Origin: Lingula anatina
Lineage: Eukaryota > Animalia > Brachiopoda
NCBI GenBank assembly: GCA_051362555.1
Contig: CM120644.1
Location: 2,736,954-2,800,953 of the forward strand
Length of the DNA: 64,000 nucleotides
Reading direction: 5' to 3'
A program made the translations under genes and the position numbers. Below are positions 51,480 to 61,645 of this stretch, one piece after another (position 1 is the stretch's first letter; each line of letters begins with the position of its first letter). The notes below the pieces were generated by a model that had not been told where the DNA came from, ran no database searches, and worked only from the letters and a program-made list of their open reading frames with translations.

Positions 51480-54056
51480 TTTTTTTTTTTTATTGCAATA
51501 GAAAAAAAGCAAGTACATAAATTTTTACAAGCACACAATATTCATTACAATACCAAAGTCCACAAGGATTTAACGAATAAGAAAATTATAGTCAATAATT
51601 TGTATACATGCAACTACACAAATCCATATATACCCCTCCATTTCTGCCATATAACATTGAATTTATCTAAGTCTTGAGATACAATGTATTTTTGCTTATA
51701 GATTTTGTATATATTTTCTAAATAAAGTTGAAGTTTTGTGAGTAACAGTGCGTCTTTCTGACATTTTGTTTTGTATATGAAAAACTTAATGTGTATAGTC
51801 ATGATTATATTGGATACATTACGTTCATTAATGTCAATTAAAATAAACTGTATATTACTGAAATTTAAATATATATTACAAGAAATTAACCATGCTTCTA
51901 CTTGGCGTAAGAAGTTTTGTACAATATTACAATCCCAAAGTATATGATATATAGTTTCTACCTCCTCGTGGCAAAATGTACACATAGGTGATTGACTTAG
52001 GCCAGTTTTATATACAAAGTTATTTGTGGTGAGGATTCTATAGAAAATTCGAAACTTGAACCACAGCATTTTTGTGTCCTTTACCGACACATTGGTTTTC
52101 TTATATATCTTTTCCCAAAAACTATGATCCCGAGGAGTAAAAATATTTGACCATTTTTCCTCAAAAATAGGCCTAGCATTCGAGCTATTTAATATGTCGT
52201 ACATATCTTTTGATCCCCTTGTTTGTCTTACAATAACTCGTATACCTTCTGGTTGCCACGGACCGTACATTTTGATTTTATGTGGATTGAATTTTTTTCT
52301 GTATAGATCATTTATTGTTGCGATAATACCATTGTATTGTAAAAAATTGATTTTAATATTGGAGAGTTCAGAAAATTCTTTATATGAATAAAGTCTACCT
52401 TTTTCATTGATAAGATCGTTCACTTGTCTAAATCCTTTATCATACATCTCCTTATGGAACAGCGTCTCTTTATTTATCCTCAAAGAGTCACTGTACCATA
52501 AGGGGACTTTATTCAACTCGGTCATTTGTTCTTTTTTTTTCAACAATTCCTGCCAAGCTAAAAAAACATCCTTCCAAAATAAATTCTGTGTGCCTGTTTG
52601 ACAGAAGCGCAAATATTCACAACCACAGTTTAGCATCAAGTCTAATTTATATCTATGCAAAAGGATATTTTGCCAAATACCCTCCCTATTTATCAACCGT
52701 CTCACCCAAGTTAATTTTAATGCCATTATTGAAGCTTCTACGTTTATCATATTTAGTCCTCCATCTTTTATTTTTTTACATACTATTTCCCTTTTTACTT
52801 TATCCGGTTTACCTTTCCAAAGAAATCCTAAGATTAGCTTTTTTAGCTCCTTAATTATTTGGTTAGATGGGTTAGGCAGTGAAATAAAAAGATGGTTAAA
52901 TTTCGATATTATGAGACTTTTAATCACTGTAATTCTGCCGATGGGGGTCAAAATTCGTCTTTCCCATAGTTTAAGTAATCGTTCAGTACTTTCAATTTTT
53001 CCCCGATAATTCCTTTCACATATAGTATCTAGTTCGACATAGAATTTAATACCTAATAATTTAAAAGACGTTGCACCCCATATTAATGTCCAATTTTTGC
53101 ACAGTTTCTCATTTGAATTTTTTTTACTCCCTATCCAAATAACCCGAGTTTTGTCATAATTTATTTTTAAACCCGAAATTTTTTCAAACCATCTTAGATC
53201 CTGTAGGGAGGCGTTAAGGGATTGTTCAGAACCATCTAAGATTAAGGACGTGTCATCTGCATATTGCGATATTTTGTATTCATTTTCCCCAATTTGTATT
53301 CCTTTAATTTGAGGGTTATTCTTTATGCTTACCGAAAGAATTTCAGAACATAACAAAAATAAATATGGTGATATCGGATCACCTTGTCTCAGGCCACGCT
53401 GTGGTTGAAACATTTCGGATAAATGACCTCCTTGATTTACTCTTGAAGTAATGATTTTATAAAAGGTTTTAATGTAATTTATTATGTCTGGACCGAAATT
53501 AAAGAAAATAAGAACTTGATTTAAAAAGTCCCATGATATACTATCGAATGCCTTCTCAAAATCTATTAGAAGTAATATTCCAGGTACATGGTTTTCCTCA
53601 GTATATTGCATGAGATCATAGATTAAACGAGTATTTTCCCCTATGTATCTCCCTTTTAGGAAACCAGTCTGTTCTTTACTTATCAGTTTATCCAATACCG
53701 TTTTTATTCTACTTGATACGACACCTGAGGCAATCTTGTAAACGGTATTCAATAGTGTAATAGGGCGCCAATTTTTTAAAAATTGTTTTGGTCTATCCTC
53801 CTTCGGAATGCATGTTATGATTCCCTCCCTTTGGGTGACAGAGAGCTGCCCATGTGTAAGACCATAATTTAAAGATCGTATAACAAAGGTCCCTACTTTC
53901 GCCCAAAAAAACTTTAAGAATTCCACAGTAAATCCGTCCGAACCTGGACTTTTATCATTTCTCATTTTTGTGAGGAATACCTTGGCTTCAACATTAGTTA
54001 TTGGACCTTCTAGGCTTTCCCTCTCATCTGTAGTCAGTTTTGGTACATTAAAATCT
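51480..54056 (-). mobile_element. 5'-truncated L1/Tx1-clade LINE
   Basis: Poly(A) tail (T-run at 51480-51491), short 3' UTR, and ORF2 lacking the endonuclease domain. The 5' end joins HINE-A sequence at about 54056. Confidence 0.9.
51614..54056 (-). CDS. LINE ORF2 fragment: reverse transcriptase plus C-terminal zinc-binding motif
   Basis: KSPGSDGF, NWRPITLLNTVYKI, LIDFEKAFDS, RQGDPISPYLF, YADD, GGL and CTFC...ETIYHILWDC. About 810 codons without a stop. The first ~12 aa of the called ORF come from flanking repeat. Confidence 0.92.
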
Positions 54057-54548
54057 AACAATGTTGTAAAGATGCAGGAAATGTCAAACAAATACTTTTA
54101 TGTGTCTTATTAATTAAATAATAAGACTGTTAACATGCCTAAGAATTGAATTTGAGGAAATGTGAAAAAACAGCATGACTTATAAAACAATGGCCCGATT
54201 ATACTCATTTTCAAACTCAACCTGCATTTTAGTAAGATTGACCACTCCTGTGAGTTTAATGACAATTGGTCTATCTGTTTTTCTTTTATTGTGTTTACAG
54301 TGTTGCAGATATGCTAAAAAGTGAAAAAACAGCATAACTACTAAAATAGTGGCCCGATCATGCCGATTTTCGAACTTGACCTGTGTTTTAGTAAGATTGA
54401 TTACTCCTGTGAGTTTCATGACAACAGGCCTAACGGTTTTCCTTAAAATGTGTTTACAGGGTTGCATATATGCTGAAAAGTGAAAAAACAGCATAACTTC
54501 TACAATAATGGCCCGATTATGCTGATTTTCGAACTTGACCTGCGTTTT

Positions 54549-56455
54549 CAGGGCTCAACATAAATTTTTAACCAGGTTGCCCCAGGGCAACCTGCCAGAT
54601 ATTTTTACTTGCCCTTCCTCTGCCTCAACTTGCCCATTATTAGTGAAAATTTTAAAACCACTCGATATGCGATTTTTTTCCATTTGAAGCATTAAATCTT
54701 ATTGATTTATAAAAAAAACAATTATGTCAATTTTGTCATCTTTGAGTTATTTTCTCCATGAGCAGGTTGATTGATGGAATGTCACATTTTGTCATGCACA
54801 TCACTAAAATTTCAAATTTGTCACAGATATTCTAAACGAAAGAAAAAAGGTACATCTCCACTATGATGTAGCATAAAATTAGGATATTTATAAGAATATA
54901 AGTGCATAAATGTTGCAATGCCCACACTCCTCAGGATGGTGACTGATAGACATAACATTGTTACTTATAAAATGTGCTCTTACAAGGACCAACTCTTTTA
55001 CATTTACTCATCAAGTATAGATAGGTCGGTCACTATCCCCAAATTCTTTTTTTCCTTTTATAAAAAAAACATTTCTTTATTTCTGCAGAACAGTTGATAA
55101 AATCAATAGAAGAGAAACAGTACTTTGAAACTTAAAAAATTAATCTTAATATAATTCACTGTAATATATAGTAGGATTGCCTTGACAACACCAAATTACA
55201 CAAATGATAATTTGATAATAAAATCTAAAATGCCACTGGTTACTTCATAGCACTTTTCTGCACTCAATCAAGGTGCACTTTGGTGCATTTTAGGCTATTT
55301 TGAACAGATTTTTTAACATTTTATGTGGCACAGTGACACAATTGACTTGTTTCATATGTCTAGAGGAGTAAATGAAGTTAAGCTAAGCATGACAAAAATT
55401 TCATTAATAAAGAATTGCATACTTAGCACCTACAAATGCCAGAATGAGGATCCCCCTTCTCCTCTTCCTCCATGGAAATTTTTGAAGCCAAGTATTGGAT
55501 TGGTGGCATTTTAACTAAGAAAACTGTGGTATCAACATACCTTTTTCAGTGAATAAACAGTAAAGCCAATGATTTAAAATGTAGAGGAGATCAAAACTAC
55601 TTCCACATTCATTAAAGTATCAAAAAAACTAGGTCAACAAAGCGCTCTGAAATGCTTGTGACACACCATGATCGGTGCAACACTGTCTGGATACTGACAA
55701 GTGCTCACTGGCTCCCTCAAACAAGTATTTGTGTAGTACAGTACACTGCTTTTATTAGGTGGGTGCAAAAAGTTAACATATTTATCCAACTTCATCAATT
55801 AAAATGTCCATACTTTAAGGAAGCTTACTATTCCTCCTGTTTCTCCCTGAAATTGTTGCTAAATATATAAACTATAAGCATTTCAAGTCCGGGAAATCTC
55901 TATCAGTTACAGAAGCAGTTCAGCTGTCTGTTAACTGGTCAAAACCACCGCAAGCTGGTCCCTGCAAACTCTCACTTAGCAACAGTGTGACTGCTTATTT
56001 TCCACGTTTTTCGTGGTTAAAGCTTGGAAATTATATGCTTCTAAATATTTCCCAACCAATACAAATGTGAGAGGGAGAGAGTGCCTTCTTAACTTTAATC
56101 ACGTGTGCTAAATTTTTCCAAGAACAACTTGCCTCGTTTGAGTTTGACTAAATACTTCAAATTATAGAATATGACAGCACTCTGAAAACGAGGCACTGCC
56201 GACGGAGATAGTGAAAGCTGTGCATGCATTAGAATACAGAAATCTTGGATTGACGTATGTTACAGTTTATGATGTTATTGTGCAAAAAAGGGAAAAACGT
56301 GTAATGCTTCAATCTTTTAACCTCAGATCTAACATTGTACTGACCAAAGGAAAAAAGTTCACTTGCCCGCCGGGCAACTGGACGTAAAATTTACTTGTCC
56401 GACGGCAGATTTTAGTTGCCCCGGGCAAGCGGACAACCGTTTGTGTTGAGCCCTG
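54549..56455. mobile_element. Non-autonomous hAT-like element with 5-bp TSD (hAT5-like)
   Basis: TIR CAGGGCTCAACA / TGTTGAGCCCTG. TSD GTTTT (54544-54548, 56456-56460). Sub-terminal TTGCCC repeats. It interrupts a satellite monomer. Confidence 0.88.
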
Positions 56456-56884
56456 GTTTTATGAATATTCATCAGCTCTGTAAATATAAAGCCAAAAAGT
56501 AAAACTGCCCTCCACTTATCGTGTTTACAAGGAAAGTGCACGGCGCCGACGGCGACGGCGACGCCGGCGACGACAGACGCAGGTGATGGCAATATGTACA
56601 GACACATCTGTGTCTGTACATAAAAATTAGTGCTGGAATTTGATAAATTAACATTGCTGTCATATACCAGAATGATATTGATGTAAGGAAGAAATTAGTA
56701 ATAACAAATATGAGAATTTAAATAAAAAGAAGGGGAACTTTTTATACTGATTTTATTATTCATATATTAAAGAAAAATCAAACACATGATAACCCCTAAA
56801 GAAGTTAAATTGTTAACATAAATATAAGTAAAGTACTATAAAATGAATATTATTTAACTTTTCATTAAACTATATTTAAATATT

Positions 56885-57523
56885 ATTTCCATTTTTAACA
56901 CTTTTTTTAACATAAAACAAAATTAACAGTTTCCTGCCATTTTTATATGATCAACTAAGAAAATTGATGAGATGGGAAAAATATCAATAGAGCAGTGTTA
57001 AATGTCCAATTTCTTCCATTCTGAGATTCTGAACATAGTGAATGATTGAATCTGACAAACTGCAATGATATGAGTTTATTTCCATTTTTGAAACTTTATT
57101 ACACAATACACGATAACAAGTTTACCATCATTTTTACAAAATCAACTAACAATGTTGTAAAGATGCAGGAAATGTCAAACAAAAACTTTTACGTATCTTA
57201 TTAGTTTAATAATGAGACTGTTAACATGCCTAAGAATTGAATCTGAGGAAATGTAAAAAATATGCTGAAAAGTGAAAAAACAGCGTAACTTCTACAATAG
57301 TGGCCCGATCATGCTGATTTTCGAACTTGACCTGTGTTTTATGAATATTCATCAGCTCTGTAAATATAAAGCCAAAAAGTAAAACTGCCCCCCACTTATC
57401 GTGTTTACAAGGAAAGTGCACGGCGCCGGCATCGGCATCGCCATCGGCATCGGCATCGCCATCGGCGACGACAGACGCAGGTGATGGCAATATGCACAGA
57501 CACATCTGTGTCTGTACATAAAA
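56885..57523 (+). mobile_element. HINE family A 3' fragment
   Basis: One satellite unit, a GGCATC-type microsatellite, and the hairpin ATGCACAGACACATCTGTGTCTGTACAT. Confidence 0.75.
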
Positions 57524-59418
57524 AGATTTTTGCTCCAAATTTCTCATAAATCATGACCTGTCCGTCGGACAGCCAGCCCTGCAACTTAACCTGTCCGAGC
57601 TGAATTTTCACCTGTCCCGACAGGAGCTAATGTATTAAATAGCGTTGCATCTTTTCTGATATATTCTCTTGCCGCATGGATTCATTTATTTATAAATGAT
57701 CACGACTGCTACTATTCTTCAGTCAAAATAACATGAAGAATAGACTATTTATTATATTTTTCCAAAAATATAGATAAAGCAAACAAATCTCACAGAATTA
57801 CATTGATGGCGAAACTAATAAGCATATGTTGATATTCAAAACTTGTCAGTATGCAGGTCCTGCGCCCTCAACATGAGAAATGAGATGTTAATACTTGTAT
57901 TACTGCGCCAGGCAGAATAAAAATAAACATCTTAACGTGCACACAAGAGATCCAAGTACGCACACAAGTCGTTTACGTCGCGACTGTCAGGAATAAAGGC
58001 ATTGGTCACACACATACGATCTTAAAGGGTATCGGAGTTCAAAGAAGCGTGTCGGCAAAAAAAGAAGCGTATCGACAAAAAGATATGCGTATTGATGCCG
58101 ATACGCTATAAAGGCCTGGGGAGAACCCTGCGGTAGCACCACCTGTGTTACTTACAGTTCAAAATTAAGTGCTGGAATTTGATAAATTAGCAATGCTGTC
58201 AAAATTGTGACATTGGTATAAGGAAAAAAATTAATAAAAATATGAGAATTTAAATGAAAAGAAGGGGAAATTTTGACTGATTTTATTTAATTCATATATT
58301 AAAAAAAATCAAACACATGTTACCCCTAAAGAAAGCAAATTGTTAATATTAATATCAATTTAAAAACTTTAATATTAGTGATATATATTATAATTAAACT
58401 ATTATACAATGAATATTCTTCAATTTTTAATGAAATTTATTCAAATATTATAAATTTTGAAAATTTCAATAAAATAATATATAACTGCCCCCCCCCCCCC
58501 CCCCCCCACCTCCTGCTCACAGTATTTTTTTAGGACTTGGTTTAACTTCATGTGAATCTGTTATCAAATTTCAGATTTACAATAAGTGAACCCTGTACCC
58601 CAAACCCTGGGAAAAGCCCCGATCAAAACCATGTTAAATCAGACTTCTATGCAAGATTAAATATTCAGGAGTTCACAAGTATAAAAAAACGACTTTATCT
58701 GAAAATAAATCCACTTTTCCAGGCTCATTTGACTTAATATCTTGGTAATAAATACATTACATGTATGACTACACATGTTTATGTTTACAAAGTTCACCGA
58801 GAGGGATGAATGGTAAAAAATTTGGTTTTGTTGGACAGATTGGATTCAAAATAGGACATGTCAAATTTATCCACCTGTCCAAATGACAGGTGCTCATTAA
58901 AGTTGGTGTCTAGCCCTGCAAAGGAAAAGATCAGTTGTGCCATAATGGAAAACTTAATTTCCCTGGTTAATTTGTGATGAGACTGATAGCAAAAACGTCA
59001 TTTGTAACAAGTGGGTTATGCAACTAGACTCTGATTATGACAGTCACATGCAGTGAATCAGACTTCTGATTTTGGTTCAGAGCTTAACGTTTCAGATACT
59101 GACAGCAAAGAATCTACTTGAATAAATCCACTTTGAGACTAAGAGTCCTTGTTTCAATATCGTTCTTGCCTGCAATTGGTTTCATCAGGTAATTTTTTAA
59201 AAAAATCAGGACTGGCTACTTTTGGTCAGGGCTGGCTACTTTTCAAAGTTGCCAGCCCTGCTGTCCGGCTTCGAATTTATACAAATTTCATACCCTGATA
59301 TGTGATGAAAGCCTAAATTTATGAATCAATAAACTTTTGTCCAGCCTGAATGATTGCCCATGAACCAAATTGAAACAAAAGTGATCACAAGTATAACTGA
59401 TAATATATAAATTGATAC

Positions 59419-59794
59419 CTCTTTTCCTCTTCTTGCTTGGTGATGAATGCATTTTGTGGGCATCACACTTGTTTATTTTATTTTCTGTCTTCTTGATAGT
59501 GTCAATCAAACGTGCAATGCCTGCACCTTTTAGCAACTTTCGTAATGTCTCATAATTCCCTTTGCCAATTATACCATTGTACTCCAAAAGATTTAACAAG
59601 GAGAGTGTGTCCAAATTGTCCATGCTTCCTACACCTAGCTTTCCCCAAAGCTGACGTTTGATCTTTGGTAGGTGTTTCTCTTCACTGATTTCATCTGCAA
59701 GTTTGTTAATAAGATCATTGTGGAGATCTTGACATGTACATTCCTTGGTTTTGTGCTTAAGCAATCTCTGTCCTAAAGTTGACGGGTTAGCCAT
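59419..59794 (-). CDS. Death effector domain exon (first coding exon) of the FADD-like adaptor
   Basis: Kozak context CACCATGG. LHNDLINKLADEISEE..LPKIK..L...L....MDNLDTLSLLNLLEYNGIIGKGNYETLRKLL..AGIARL matches the DED pattern. Ends PSKKRKR with a G|GTATCA donor in phase 1. Confidence 0.85.
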
Positions 59795-60004
59795 GGTGAT
59801 GTCTCAATCTCTCGTGATGAATAAAAACATGTAATATAAATTGTATATCAATTCAGTTGATGTACATATATGTTATTTAAGTAAAATTTTTAAATATATT
59901 TATTATTGTGCCATCTTCTACTTCTAGTAGTGGATACTATATAGGATTGCCATGAAGCCATGTAAAAAAAACAAAGTTACATAACATAATTGTTCCCATC
60001 CTTA

Positions 60005-60640
60005 CCTGCAAATCAAATATGGCTGACCGGGGGCGTCTCGATAGTCCGAAGGTTCATTGGTCCGAAGGTTCATTGGTCCGAAAAGTGGTAACATTTTCAT
60101 CGATTTTTTAATCAAGGGTTCATTGGTCCGAAGGTTCTATAGTGAACATTCGGACCAATGAACCTTCGGACTATTGAACCTTCGGACTATCGCTACGGCC
60201 CCGGCTGACCTGGCGCGGAAAAATAAAAAAATGCCTAGGTCGCATTGTCCAATCACAGGACGCGATTGGACGTGAATCTGCATATGCATATTTAGCAAGC
60301 TGACCTAGTTTCACCCAATGCATCACTCGGCTCACCGTCGATTGATTCCTGCGTCATCATATGTAAAGTATTCACTGGTTCTACTTACAGAGTGAGATTG
60401 TAGATCACTGTGTATTGTGTCTCAATTCTGATTATTTTCGTAGTCCGTACCGTACACGTCTGCACGGTAGCTGTGGTTGACTTTTACTCACCGGGATCAG
60501 GCAGGGAAGTTGGGCTCTCCACCTGGTGTGCGCAGTACTTACCGTAATTGCGCGCTCTCCGCGCAGGGAGAGCACACCGGGTGAAGGTAGGAAAATGCAC
60601 GAACACAACATTCCCCCCACTTTTATTTGAAAGGAGCTAC
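60005..60640 (-). promoter_or_regulatory. Putative promoter and 5' UTR exon region of the FADD-like gene
   Basis: CpG-enriched relative to the flanks. CCAAT/ATTGG boxes at about 60249, 60265 and 60316, and TGCGTCA at about 60350. Minus-strand donors CAG|GTAAG (60006) and CG|GTAAGT (60543). Confidence 0.45.
60028..60203. mobile_element. 176-bp MITE with 16-bp sub-terminal repeats and 6-bp TSD
   Basis: Ends CGGGGGCGT..CGATAGTCCGAAGGTTCA / TGAACCTTCGGACTATCG..ACGGCCCCG. GCTGAC flanks both sides (60022-60027, 60204-60209). Confidence 0.88.
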
Positions 60641-60952
60641 TTTTAAATACATGTTTGTCCATGTGCAAACTCAAAATTCCTTTCGATAAATAAAATAAAG
60701 TGGATTCCAGTTGAAATATTCGTACAGACTGTCATTAGCTGTTAGTGCTAACAACATCACCGAGGTGATAGTCCGCCGAAGAAAAATACAAACAAGGCAG
60801 CAAAGCTGTCAAATGTACAGACAAAAAACAGAAAATAAAGATGCAAAAAAGGTCATTTTGTCAATTTTGATGCAATAATAAATAATGCTTATAATAGCAC
60901 TGTCAGTCAACACTGAATTTTAATCTTGCACAACAGGTAAAATGGTCAATAA

Positions 60953-61120
60953 CAGGAGCAGACCCAGAGATATTTTCTGACAGTATTACAAAGTATCTAT
61001 GTTGATCCATCCTCCATTTTGATGGTCTTCCAACAGAAAAAAATAGATACCAGTCAATATAAACTTAATAACCTGACTGTCTTCCGGAAGACCCAGAAGA
61101 TGGTCTCAATCCACCCCTTC
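60953..61120 (-). mobile_element. 168-bp MITE, same family as 3052-3219
   Basis: Reverse-complement match, e.g. TTGATCCATCCTCCATTTT. AATAA flanks both sides. Confidence 0.8.
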
Positions 61121-61322
61121 AATAAGATTACAGTTTCAGGACCATGAGAGTTCAAATTCACATTATGAAAGTCTCAATATTTGAAAAATGATGACAGTGC
61201 ATAAAATATTACATAATGTTTAAAGACATAGAAATACAGAAAATGTGCAGAGCCCCAGGCAGATGAGAGTTAAAAGTCACAAATGCAAGTGTTTGAGAAA
61301 AAATTATAAAGGAAAACAACAA

Positions 61323-61540
61323 AACTAGAAAAGCACTTTGAGAGTGCAATTGTTGATTATTATTGATAATTGATTGATTATTGATCCGGACCACCACCAA
61401 AAATTAATCATTGTCCTCTCTGGCCCACTTCCGACAGTTCCTGAAAATTTCTGCAAAATCGGTCCATAACTTTTTGTGTTATGTGCATGACAGACAAACG
61501 GGGATGAAAATATAACCCCCTTGGCAGAGCTTGAGGTAAA
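61323..61540 (+). mobile_element. Short HINE-like element (family C)
   Basis: AACTAGAAAAGCACT start, GATCCGGACCACCACCAAAA core, ACAGACAAAC, and 3' ATAACCCCCTTGGCAGAG...GAGGTAA. Confidence 0.6.
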
Positions 61541-61585
61541 TATAATTCCAATGAAGATGCTATTCAAACTTTTAATCTTCCAGTT

Positions 61586-61587
<2 letters not shown>

Positions 61588-61643
<56 letters not shown>
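61588..61643. repeat. (AT)n microsatellite
   Basis: Pure AT run. Confidence 0.95.

Positions 61644-61645
<2 letters not shown>

Larger units (their letters stand above)
44881..56626 (+). mobile_element. HINE family A copy expanded by nested hAT, L1/Tx1 and hAT5-like insertions
   Basis: 5' end AACAAGGCAGC at 44881. The sequence resumes correctly after each insert. Complete hairpin at about 56593-56622. Confidence 0.7.

Noticed and set aside
59288-59418. C-terminal ~43 aa of the 168-aa ORF
   Set aside because: It lies past a splice donor and runs into a transposon end at 59297, so it is intronic read-through.
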